This document shows positions 36,878 to 45,697 of a DNA stretch of 64,000 nucleotides, piece by piece; the first letter of the stretch is position 1; each line of letters begins with the position of its first letter. The notes under the pieces are model-generated. The model saw only the letters and a list, made by a program, of their open reading frames with translations. It searched no databases and was not told the DNA's origin. Made by a program: the position numbers and the translations under genes. The DNA comes from Polyangiales bacterium (GTDB lineage: Bacteria > Myxococcota_A > Polyangia > Polyangiales > Ga0077539), in the NCBI GenBank assembly GCA_044375895.1, contig JBILLV010000004.1, forward strand, positions 26,901 through 90,900. Reading direction: 5' to 3'.

Positions 36878-38071
36878 ATGAACACCCACGGGAAGTTCCC
36901 GGCGCTGTCGCGGCTCATCGCGCCGGTGTCTGTCGACGATTTTCTCACGCGCTACTGGGAGCGTGAGCACCTCCACGTGCACGCGGCCGACCGCAGCGCG
37001 ACGCCCCCGCTGGTGACGCTCGCCGAGATCGACGCCGCCCTCACCGGACGCCCTCACCGCCACCCCGACCTCCAGCTCGTCGACGCCGCCCACACGGTCG
37101 AGGTCGACGAGTACGCCGCCGACGACGACTCCGTCGACCCGGTGCGCGCCATCAAGCGCTTCGCCGCCGGCGCGACCATCGTGCTCAACCGCCTCGACGA
37201 GCAGGCCCCGCGCGTCCGCGACCTCCTCGCCACCCTGGAGAGCGAGCTCGGGATCCTCGTCCAGGCCAACATGTACCTCACCCCCCGCGGGGCGCAGGGC
37301 TTCCCCATCCACTACGACAACCACGATGTCATCATCGTGCAGTGCGAGGGCCGCAAGCGCTGGCGCCTCTACGACGCGCCGAAGCCGCTCCCGATGCGCG
37401 GCGAGCGCTTCGAAGCCGCGGTGACCAAGCCCGGCCCGAAGTCCGCGGAGTTCGTGATGGAGCCCGGCGACGCGCTCTACGTGCCCCGCGGCCTCATGCA
37501 CGACGCGCTCGCCGAGGGCGACGAGCTCTCGCTCCACGTCACCATCGGCTTCCACGCGGTGCGCTGGTCGGAGGTGCTCCTGGAGGCCATCGCGCGCGCC
37601 GCCGTCGACGACATCGAGCTGCGCAAGGGCATCCCCCTCGGCGCCCTCGTCGGCGGGGCCTCCGACGAAGCGCTCGGGGCCTCGCTCCGCGCCCACGCCG
37701 CCCGCGTGCTCGACGGCGTGCGCTGGGAGCGCGTCCGCGACCGGGTCGAGTCGCAGTACTTCCGCGGCCACAAGGAGCGCCTCGGCGGGCTCCTCCTCGA
37801 CGCGGCGACCGTCATCACCGCCGACACGACCCTCGCTCGCCGTGAGGGCGCGCAGGTGGCGGTCGAGCACCAGGACGAGGCCGTGGTTCTCACGGTGCAG
37901 GGCCGCTCGACGCGCTGGCCCAGCCACGCCGGCTCCACGCTCGAAGCCGCCCTCTCGCGCTCGACCTTCACCCCCCGCGAGCTCGGCGAAGACCTCGACG
38001 AGAAGGGCCGCGTCACCCTCGCGCGCCGCCTCGTGGCCGAAGGGGCCGTCCGCATCGTGCGGGCGGGGTGA
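36878..38071 (+). CDS. JmjC/cupin 2-oxoglutarate-Fe(II) oxygenase (ROX/NO66/YcfD-like)
   Basis: FLTRYWE, ANMYLTP..GFPIHYDNHDV..EGRKRW, EPGDALYVPRGLMH (HxD..H triad), C-terminal winged-helix-like LARRLVAEG. Confidence 0.9.
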   Translation: MNTHGKFPALSRLIAPVSVDDFLTRYWEREHLHVHAADRSATPPLVTLAEIDAALTGRPHRHPDLQLVDAAHTVEVDEYAADDDSVDPVRAIKRFAAGATIVLNRLDEQAPRVRDLLATLESELGILVQANMYLTPRGAQGFPIHYDNHDVIIVQCEGRKRWRLYDAPKPLPMRGERFEAAVTKPGPKSAEFVMEPGDALYVPRGLMHDALAEGDELSLHVTIGFHAVRWSEVLLEAIARAAVDDIELRKGIPLGALVGGASDEALGASLRAHAARVLDGVRWERVRDRVESQYFRGHKERLGGLLLDAATVITADTTLARREGAQVAVEHQDEAVVLTVQGRSTRWPSHAGSTLEAALSRSTFTPRELGEDLDEKGRVTLARRLVAEGAVRIVRAG

Positions 38072-38280
38072 GCGCCATGGAGGAGACCATCGCCGTCGAA
38101 GGGATGACCTGCCAGGGATGCGTCGGCTCGGTGACCCGCGCGGTGAGCGCCGTCACGGGCGTCGAGTCGGTGGACGTCGACCTCGCGGGCAAGCGCGCCA
38201 CGGTGCGCTTCGACCCCGCCCTCACCACCCCCGCCCGCGTCCGGGAAGCCATCCAGGACGCGGGCTTCGACACCCCCTGA
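38068..38280 (+). CDS. Heavy-metal-associated (CopZ-like) chaperone
   Basis: VEGMTCQGC..VDVDL..IQDAGF; GTG overlaps the oxygenase stop (alternative ATG at 38077). Confidence 0.9.
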   Translation: MSAMEETIAVEGMTCQGCVGSVTRAVSAVTGVESVDVDLAGKRATVRFDPALTTPARVREAIQDAGFDTP

Positions 38281-38301
38281 AACACCCCCCGCGCGGCGTC
38301 G

Positions 38302-39036
38302 CTACGCCGCGTTGCCGAGGATCACCGTCGCCAGGAAGCCGATCCCCGCGGCGACGGCCGAGCCGATCACCACGATGGCCCGCGCCTTCGCGCTCCGGAG
38401 CTTGGAGCGGGCGGCCTCACGCTCGCGCGGATCGACCTTCTGCGCGTCGCCCCCGTCCTGACGAAACACCATCCCCTTGCTCACCTCGCGCAGCCCCTCG
38501 TGGAGGGCGCGGGCCTCGTCGCGCAGCGCCACCAGGGCCCCGAGCGCGTGCTGCAGGAGCGAGGGGTCGGGCTCGCGGCCCCAGGCGATCGACGCGATGC
38601 CTTCGCCGAGGCGCACGCGCGGCGAGTCGTCGTCGAGGGGAAAGGCCAGCAGCGCCTCGCGAACCGTGGCGGTGAGCACCTTGCGGGCGGCCTCGACGGG
38701 CGCCGACTCGATCACGAAGCGATCGTCGAAGACCCGGTCGCCCACCTCAGCGTCCACCGTCATCCCGAGTGCCTTGTCGAGGCGCTCCCCCGCGAGCTCG
38801 GGGCGGAGGGTGAGCTCCACCGGGCTGCCCGTCGCCTCCACCAGGACGGCCGTACGAACCGCGCGCGACCCGAGGCCCGCGAGGCGGATCGTGACGGCCA
38901 CGCCGAGGCGGTCGCCGACGAAGACGAGGCCATCGCGCCCCTGGGCTTGAAGGGAGAGGCGACGGATGCCGCAGACCCCCGCGACGGCTTCGAGCCTCGC
39001 GGCGGCGGCGTGGAGCGTGACTTCGTGCTTGCTCAT
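38302..39036 (-). CDS. Hypothetical protein with C-terminal TM
   Basis: RBS GAGGAG; GDRVFDDRFVI motif; terminal hydrophobic helix. Confidence 0.7.
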   Translation of the reverse strand: MSKHEVTLHAAAARLEAVAGVCGIRRLSLQAQGRDGLVFVGDRLGVAVTIRLAGLGSRAVRTAVLVEATGSPVELTLRPELAGERLDKALGMTVDAEVGDRVFDDRFVIESAPVEAARKVLTATVREALLAFPLDDDSPRVRLGEGIASIAWGREPDPSLLQHALGALVALRDEARALHEGLREVSKGMVFRQDGGDAQKVDPREREAARSKLRSAKARAIVVIGSAVAAGIGFLATVILGNAA

Positions 39037-39145
39037 GGGGCGCTCTCCTCAGGCGTGACGGCGATCGTACGACACAACGATCGAGGCGGTGGGCCTCGTC
39101 CCGGCGTGTCCATGAATCACGACGGACGAGGTGGCCTTCGGGTCT

Positions 39146-39937
39146 TCACGATCCGTGCGAGGGGAGGCAGTGGCCTTGCGGTGAGCAGGTGAGGCCGCGG
39201 GCGCAGGCGTTGTTTTCGCACGCCGCGACGCAGGCCCGCCACGTGCGCGCCGCGCCGTCGCGCGTGTGACGAACCTCCGCCTCCGTGGCCCCATCGACAC
39301 AGGGACGGTGGTGGACGAGCCACGGGTCCACGGCCGGGAGGCAGAGACGCCCCCCGTCGACCTCGGCGCACACGCCGCCGCCGTGGCAGTCGGTGTCGGC
39401 TGCGCAACCGCGCACCCAGCGGGCCGCCAGGGGAGCGAGGTTGGCGTCTTCGGGCACCACGTGCTGCACCCGCGTCGTCGGCGCCGGCGGGTCGCTCGCG
39501 CCGTGCGGAACCATGTCGACCACCTCCCAGTCACCGAGCCGGAGGATCCCCTCGGAGACGAGCCACGCCTTCGCGACGCGCTCGCAGGTCGGAGGGGTCA
39601 CGGGCACCGGGGTCGCCGCGCTCCAACGCGCGCGGAAGCGGATCTTGACCCGCGACCCGTCCTTCTCCGACGTGAGGTAGAGCGCTTCGTAGCCGCAGGG
39701 GACGCGCGCGCCGACCACCGCGTAGGGGGTCCGTCCGGTGGGGGCGGGGTCGGTGAGGAGGTAGATCCAGTCGAGGGGGACGTCGACCTCGCGGCGGTCA
39801 GCGGACGGGCCGAGCGGCGCGGCCTCGGTGACCGCGATGCGCGTGCCGGCATCGGGACGCGGCGGGCCCTGGGGCGGCGCCCGCGGCGGCTTGCACTGCG
39901 AGAGGAGAGCGAAGGCGAGGAGGGCTCGAGCGCGCAT
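39146..39937 (-). CDS. Hypothetical exported protein/lipoprotein with Cys-rich C-terminus
   Basis: MRARALLAFALLSQC; CAADTDCHGGGVC..CENNACARGLTC..C. Confidence 0.65.
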   Translation of the reverse strand: MRARALLAFALLSQCKPPRAPPQGPPRPDAGTRIAVTEAAPLGPSADRREVDVPLDWIYLLTDPAPTGRTPYAVVGARVPCGYEALYLTSEKDGSRVKIRFRARWSAATPVPVTPPTCERVAKAWLVSEGILRLGDWEVVDMVPHGASDPPAPTTRVQHVVPEDANLAPLAARWVRGCAADTDCHGGGVCAEVDGGRLCLPAVDPWLVHHRPCVDGATEAEVRHTRDGAARTWRACVAACENNACARGLTCSPQGHCLPSHGS

Positions 39938-40145
39938 GACGTGACGCGGGTGCTTCTACCAGATTCGAGAGCACGCAGGGGCCGCGTGACGTGGGCGCTG
40001 TACGGGGGTTGCGCGGGGGCGCGGGAGAGGCTGCGCATGAAGCGCACATGGCCTTTAAAAATAGGTGTTTGGAGAAAAGTCGCTTGCGCGGGGAGGCCGC
40101 GCGCGCGACGAAGAGCAGACGACCCCCACAACAGGAGAGACGAAC

Positions 40146-40724
40146 GTGAACAATCGGAAGATCCTGGCCTGCCTCAGCCTCGTGTGTGCCGGGCTGTCGG
40201 GCTGCGGCGATGACACGACGGGAGGCGCCAACACGGTCAACTACTCGGGGCCGGTGACGATCAACGTCGACAAGTTCAAGGACGGCGACGTGCGCAACGA
40301 GGCCTTCGACTCCGACAAGTCGGTGAGCACGGAGTCGGGCAACCCCTACGGTGCCTTCCTCCAGACCGCCCGCGGCGTGCTCGGGCGCCCGCCTGCCGCC
40401 GTCATCGTCGACCGCGCCACGCTCACCATCGGCCGCGACACCCGCGGCGTGACGGCCTTCGAGGAGTTTCTCGGCGGCCCGCTGACGCTCTACCTCGCGA
40501 GCTCGCAGAGCACCGTCAACATCGGCACCGTGGCCCAGCCCCGCGGCGCCGGTCCGGTCGAGGTGCAGATCACCGCCACCCGCGACACGCTCGCCCCCAT
40601 CAACAACGAGCTCACGCAGGGGAGCTTCAAGGTCGGCATCCGCGTGCCCGCCGCCGCGGGGCGTCCGCGCTCCTTCGACGCGAAGATCGCCACGGTTCTC
40701 TACTTCCGCGCGCTGGCGCTGTGA
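40146..40724 (+). CDS. Hypothetical lipoprotein
   Basis: RBS AGGAG; VNNRKILACLSLVCAGLSGC lipobox; beta-rich. Confidence 0.75.
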   Translation: MNNRKILACLSLVCAGLSGCGDDTTGGANTVNYSGPVTINVDKFKDGDVRNEAFDSDKSVSTESGNPYGAFLQTARGVLGRPPAAVIVDRATLTIGRDTRGVTAFEEFLGGPLTLYLASSQSTVNIGTVAQPRGAGPVEVQITATRDTLAPINNELTQGSFKVGIRVPAAAGRPRSFDAKIATVLYFRALAL

Positions 40725-40765
40725 GCGTCGCCGCGCTGGTACCGTGCGCGTCGGAGGTCTCCCCC

Positions 40766-41437
40766 ATGGGCGACGAGAGGCGACGCGCGCGGTGGTTCGG
40801 TCTCGTGGTCATGATCTTCGCTGTAGCGTGCTCCACGGGGACATCGCCGCCGCCGACCAACACGCCCGCGAGTGACGCCTCGCCCGGACGTGATGCCGCC
40901 GACCTGGGCGTCGCCGACGCACAACCCACGGATGACCTCGCGCGTGACGCCGCGCCCCCACCCGACGTCGCCACACCTGACGTCGCCCCGCCTGACGTCG
41001 CCCCGCCCGACGTCCCCATCGCCGCCGACGCCCCCGCTTCGATGGACGCCACCGTCGACGTCGCCGACGCCCCCGCTTCGATGGACGCCCCGCTCGGCCC
41101 CGACCTTCCCGCGCCTGATGCTGGTGGATGCGCTGCTCCCCTGACCTCGTGCCCCACCGATGGCGGTGCGCCCGTGTGCACCGACCTCCGCGGCGACACC
41201 CAGCACTGCGGGCGCTGCGACATCGCGTGCTGCTTCGGCCTGCGGTGCCTCGACGGCACGTGCACCTCCGTCCGATGCCCGCCCCTCCAGACGCCTTGCA
41301 CCGCGTCGTCGCCGACGCCCGCGGGCTGCTACGACGCGCCCTGCCGCGACCTCCTCGCCGACGACGCGAACTGCGGCGCCTGCGGCAACGCCTGCGCCGA
41401 GGGCACCTTCTGCCTCCGCGGCCGCTGTCAGGGGTAG
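40766..41437 (+). CDS. Cys-rich lipoprotein (DxxHCGxC/DxxNCGxC repeats)
   Basis: GGAGG before ATG; FAVAC lipobox; PDVA(T/P) and ADAPASMDA repeats; DTQHCGRC, DDANCGACGNAC. Confidence 0.72.
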   Translation: MGDERRRARWFGLVVMIFAVACSTGTSPPPTNTPASDASPGRDAADLGVADAQPTDDLARDAAPPPDVATPDVAPPDVAPPDVPIAADAPASMDATVDVADAPASMDAPLGPDLPAPDAGGCAAPLTSCPTDGGAPVCTDLRGDTQHCGRCDIACCFGLRCLDGTCTSVRCPPLQTPCTASSPTPAGCYDAPCRDLLADDANCGACGNACAEGTFCLRGRCQG

Positions 41438-41511
41438 CGCGACCGCCCCGCGAATTGGTCGCCGCGCCGACGCCCGCCTGGACTACCCTGCGACGCCCTC
41501 CAGAGCGCCCC

Positions 41512-44500
41512 ATGGAATTCCGCATCCAGAGCCTCGTCACCCAGCACGCGAGCGGCCGCGTCACGTACGCCCCGCTCGACCTGCCGCAGCTCGCCTACCA
41601 CGCCCCCTCGCTCGACGTCGCGGAGGAAGACCTCGCGCTCGCCATCGACGACCGCGTCACGCGCGCCCACCCGCGCCGCGTCCACGAGTACGCCCGGCCC
41701 CCGCGCGGTGAGCTCAAGACCGTCTACGTCGACGCGATCACCGTCTGGCACGCCGCGGGTAGTGAGCGCGCACCGATGCGCCTGTCGCTCGTGGTGTCAC
41801 CTGCGCACAAGCCCTTCGTGGAGGTCCGCTCGCTGGCCCTCGACCTGCGCGTGTGGCTGCCCGTCGGCGACGACCTCATGGAGCGGGCGGCGCCCATCTT
41901 CCTCCAGCACCTCCTCACGCTGAGCGACCACCAGCGCCTCGGGCTGCGCTCCGACGGCGACGACAGCCTCCGCGAGCTCGTCGTGGAGGCGACCCCGACG
42001 TCGCTGTCCGAGCTCAAGCGCCGTGAGCTGCAGATGGACGAGCGCCCGCCGCCGCTCCCCGACGACCTGGCGCCGCCGCCCGAGAAGCGCTCGCGCAAGA
42101 AGGACGACTTCGACGCGCCGCCCGCGGGCGAAGTCGACGACGAAGAAGACGACGACGAGGCCCTCGCCAAGAAGAAGAAGAAGCGCCCCGCCACGCCCAC
42201 CACCGCGCGCCTCGGCGTGGCCCTGCACAAGCTGGCCGAGCGGGGGGAGCTCACCCGCGCCTGGGAGGTCGACGCGGTGGTGGACAACCTCCTCGCCCGC
42301 GTGTCGGCGAAGCACCCGGAGCCCGTCGTGATCGTGGGCGACGCCGGCGCGGGCAAGACCGCCGTCCTCCACGAGCTCGCCGCGCGGCTCTACGAGAAGA
42401 CCAAGGACACCCCCGACGATCGGCGCCCCTTCTTCCACGTCGACGCCTCGCGGCTCATCGCGGGAGAGGGCTTCTTCGGCGACTGGCAGCAGCAGACCTA
42501 CGACGTGCTGGAGGAGTGCCGCCGGGCCGACGCGCTGCTCTACCTCGGCCACGTCGTCGAGCTCCTCGACGCGGGCAAGAGCGCGCACAGCGACCACAAC
42601 GTGGCGCAGATCCTCGGGCCCGCGCTCGCCTCCCGCGAGGTGACGCTCCTCGCCGAGGCGTCGCCCGAGGAGTGGGCGCGCGTCGAGCGGCGCAACGCCA
42701 GCTTCGCGCAGCACTGGGCGGTGGTTCGCCTGCCCGAGCTCCCCGACGCGGCGGGGCGGCGCATCCTCGATCGCGTCTCGAAGGAGCTCGGCGAGCGACG
42801 TGGCCTCGCCGTGACACCCGACGCGGTGGAGGCCGCCCTCCGGCTCACGCGGCGGTTTCGTCCCTACGGCGCCCTCGTGGGCAACACGGTGGCCTTCCTG
42901 CGCCGCGTGATCGACGCGCTCGCCCACACCAAGGCGACGGCGGTGGGCGGCGGCGACGCGGTGACGTGGTTCAGCGGCGAGTCGGGCATCCCGCAGGTGC
43001 TGCTGCGCGACGACCTGCCGCTCGACGCGGGGGCCGTGCGGGACTTCCTCGCGGCGCGGGTGAAGGGGCAGGGGGCGGCGGTCGAGCGCGTCGCGGAGAT
43101 CGTCGCGGTCATCAAGTCGGGCCTGGCCGACCAGCGACGTCCGGTGGGCGTGCTGTTCTTCGCGGGGCCTACGGGCGTAGGGAAGACGGAGCTGTCGAAG
43201 GCGCTGGCGGAGTTCGTGTTCGGCGCGCGCGACCGGATGGTGCGGCTCGACATGGGCGAGTACGCGGGGGGCGACGCGCTCTCGCGGCTCATCGGCGACG
43301 GGGCGACGGCCGGCGCGCTCACCGCCGCCGTGCGCCGACAGCCCTTCTGCGTGGTGTTGCTCGACGAGATCGAGAAGGCCCACCCGGTGGTGTTCGACGC
43401 GCTCCTCGGGGTGCTGGGCGAGGGGAGGCTCACCGACGCCGCGGGGCGCTTCACCGACTTCCGCAACGCCATCCTCATCATGACCTCCAACCTCGGCGCC
43501 GACACCCTGCGCGCCCGCGTGGGCTTCTCCCAGGGGAGCGGCGCCCGTGAAGCGGAGGCGGTTCGGCAGCACTACCGCGCCGAGGCCGAGCGCTTCTTCC
43601 GCCCGGAGCTCTTCAACCGCATCGACGACTTCATCGTCTTCGCGCCGCTCGGGGCCGACGTGCTGCGCTCGATCGTGACGCGCGAGGTGGAGAAGGTGTC
43701 GGCCCGCGAGGGGGTGCGGCGCCACAACGTCGAGCTCCACGTGACGAGCACTGCCCTCGACGTGCTCGCCGACCACGGCTTCGACCCGCGCTACGGGGCG
43801 CGGCCGCTCAAGCGCACGCTGGAGCGCGAGCTGGCCCTGCCCATCGCCACGCACCTCGCCGCCCGCGCGGAGCACGGCAACGCGCGCATCGACGTGACGG
43901 CCGAGGGCGAGTACCTGTCGCTCAAGGCCACCACCCTCGCGTCGCGCGACGAGGGCGGCGCGTCGCGCTCGCTCCACGCGCTGGAGGAGGCCGCGCGGCT
44001 GCGGGCGGAGGTGCGACGGTGGACGCGCGCCAACCTCGTGAAGGCGATTCGCAGCGACGTGAGCTTCTTCACCAAGGCGTCGCAGTCGCCGGGCTTCTGG
44101 AAGGAGCGCGCGCTCGCCGAGGAGACCGCCCGCGGCGCCGAGCGCTCCCGCGGGATGCTGGAGGGCCTCGACGCCCTCGCGGCCCAGTGCGAGTCGCTCG
44201 AAGACCTCGCGTTCGAGTCCTGGTACGAGCGCCGCGACGAGAACGCCGCCACGCTCATCGAGGAGGTGAAGACCCTCCGCGCGGCGCTCCGCCCGAGGAA
44301 GCTCGAGCTGTTCGCGACGATGTTCCCGATGGTGGAGGGGGTGGTGCTGTACTTCACCGCGGGGCGCTCGGCGTGGCACCGCGTGCCCGAGCTCGCGCTG
44401 ATGTACGCGCGCTGGGCCGAGTCGCAGAAGCTGGAGGTGAAGGCCTTCACGTGCTTCTTCACCCCCGAAGATCAGCGCCCCGAGCGCGAGGACAAGAACG

Positions 44501-44904
44501 ACCCCGCGGTGATCTGGAAGTGGAAGGAGGGCTATCCCCCGACGACGCACCAGCCGCTGCCCGACGCCGCCGCCCTCTCGATTTCGGGGGGCCCGGCGAT
44601 GTTCGCGCTCTGGGCCGAGCACGGGGCGCACCGCTTCCTCGACGGGAGCGGCACCGCGGTGGTGAAGGTGCGCTTCGAGCCCCGCGACGTGCGCCACGCG
44701 CGCGCGCTGCCCCTCCCGAACAAGCTCAACCCGCTGATGCCCGACGACGAGCTCCGCAAGGTGTCGATCTCGAAGGACGCGGTGAAAGACCTCCGCATGC
44801 AGCGCGACTACCCGTGGAAGAGCGGGCACCTCGACCTCGGCGCGCTGCTCGACGACGCCCTCGAGTTCAAGGTGTTCGGCCCCGACGCCGACCCCTACCG
44901 CTGA
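41512..44904 (+). CDS. ClpA/ClpC-like double AAA+ ATPase with C-terminal release-factor-like domain
   Basis: D1 GDAGAGKT; D2 FAGPTGVGKTE, RLDMGEY, VVLLDEIEKAH, IMTSNLG, FRPELFNRID, YGARPLKR; C-terminus MYARWAES, EHGAHRF, VKDLR. Confidence 0.9.
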   Translation: MEFRIQSLVTQHASGRVTYAPLDLPQLAYHAPSLDVAEEDLALAIDDRVTRAHPRRVHEYARPPRGELKTVYVDAITVWHAAGSERAPMRLSLVVSPAHKPFVEVRSLALDLRVWLPVGDDLMERAAPIFLQHLLTLSDHQRLGLRSDGDDSLRELVVEATPTSLSELKRRELQMDERPPPLPDDLAPPPEKRSRKKDDFDAPPAGEVDDEEDDDEALAKKKKKRPATPTTARLGVALHKLAERGELTRAWEVDAVVDNLLARVSAKHPEPVVIVGDAGAGKTAVLHELAARLYEKTKDTPDDRRPFFHVDASRLIAGEGFFGDWQQQTYDVLEECRRADALLYLGHVVELLDAGKSAHSDHNVAQILGPALASREVTLLAEASPEEWARVERRNASFAQHWAVVRLPELPDAAGRRILDRVSKELGERRGLAVTPDAVEAALRLTRRFRPYGALVGNTVAFLRRVIDALAHTKATAVGGGDAVTWFSGESGIPQVLLRDDLPLDAGAVRDFLAARVKGQGAAVERVAEIVAVIKSGLADQRRPVGVLFFAGPTGVGKTELSKALAEFVFGARDRMVRLDMGEYAGGDALSRLIGDGATAGALTAAVRRQPFCVVLLDEIEKAHPVVFDALLGVLGEGRLTDAAGRFTDFRNAILIMTSNLGADTLRARVGFSQGSGAREAEAVRQHYRAEAERFFRPELFNRIDDFIVFAPLGADVLRSIVTREVEKVSAREGVRRHNVELHVTSTALDVLADHGFDPRYGARPLKRTLERELALPIATHLAARAEHGNARIDVTAEGEYLSLKATTLASRDEGGASRSLHALEEAARLRAEVRRWTRANLVKAIRSDVSFFTKASQSPGFWKERALAEETARGAERSRGMLEGLDALAAQCESLEDLAFESWYERRDENAATLIEEVKTLRAALRPRKLELFATMFPMVEGVVLYFTAGRSAWHRVPELALMYARWAESQKLEVKAFTCFFTPEDQRPEREDKNDPAVIWKWKEGYPPTTHQPLPDAAALSISGGPAMFALWAEHGAHRFLDGSGTAVVKVRFEPRDVRHARALPLPNKLNPLMPDDELRKVSISKDAVKDLRMQRDYPWKSGHLDLGALLDDALEFKVFGPDADPYR

Positions 44905-44939
44905 ACGGAGGCGTCCGGTGCGGGCGAAGCGCTCGGACC

Positions 44940-44968
44940 TTGACGCCCGCACGCTTCGCTCGTAGCGT
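44940..44968 (+). promoter_or_regulatory. Putative sigma-70 promoter
   Basis: TTGACG-N17-TAGCGT upstream of RBS AGGAG and ATG 45017. Confidence 0.55.
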
Positions 44969-45016
44969 CCGCCGCCCGTTTTCCCACGGCCTCTCTACCA
45001 CCTACCCAGGAGCCTC

Positions 45017-45235
45017 ATGCGCACGGACATCACCCCTCGTGACATCCTCCTCGACCGCCGCATCGTCGAGCGCAACATCCGCAAGGGCGTTGTGACCCGC
45101 GAGGAGTACGAGCGGCACCTCCAGACGCTCCCCGACGTGGGCGGCAATGCTGAAGTCATCGCGGCACGCCTCGGCGAGTACGACGAGGTCGACACGTCGG
45201 ACGACGACGACGCCGACGACGACGAAGAGGACTGA
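45017..45235 (+). CDS. Small hypothetical protein with acidic tail
   Basis: RBS AGGAG; LDRRIVERNIRKG..YERHLQTLPD. Confidence 0.8.
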   Translation: MRTDITPRDILLDRRIVERNIRKGVVTREEYERHLQTLPDVGGNAEVIAARLGEYDEVDTSDDDDADDDEED

Positions 45236-45355
45236 ACCGCCCCCCCGCCCCGACGTTCGCCCGCCGCCGTGCGGAACAACCCACCGTCTCGCTGGGTTTG
45301 ATCCAACGGCGGCGTTGAAGCTCTCGCGCCAGCCGTGATACCGCGGACGGGCACC

Positions 45356-45697
45356 ATGGCGAACGATCCTCACGACAACCACCCCGACGACCACGACCCG
45401 CCGCTCCCGTCCACGGCCGGGGCGATGCCGCCGATCGACCTCACCACCTTCTTCCTGTCGCTGTCGGCGTCAGCGCTGGTCCACATGGGCCTCGCCCCCG
45501 CGCCCGACGGCCACCGACACCCGCCCGACCTCGCGCTCGCCCGGCAGAACATCGACATCCTGCTGCTCCTCCAGGAGAAGACGCACGGCAACCTGACCGG
45601 CGCGGAGGAGCGGCTCCTTCACCAGATCCTCTTCGACCTGCGCATGCGCTTCATCGATCAGGCCAGACGCGCAGGGGGAGCCCCCACCACGCCGTGA
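45356..45697 (+). CDS. DUF1844-family protein
   Basis: FFLSLSASALVHMG..DLALARQNIDIL..EKTHGNL..L..LRMRF. Confidence 0.85.
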   Translation: MANDPHDNHPDDHDPPLPSTAGAMPPIDLTTFFLSLSASALVHMGLAPAPDGHRHPPDLALARQNIDILLLLQEKTHGNLTGAEERLLHQILFDLRMRFIDQARRAGGAPTTP

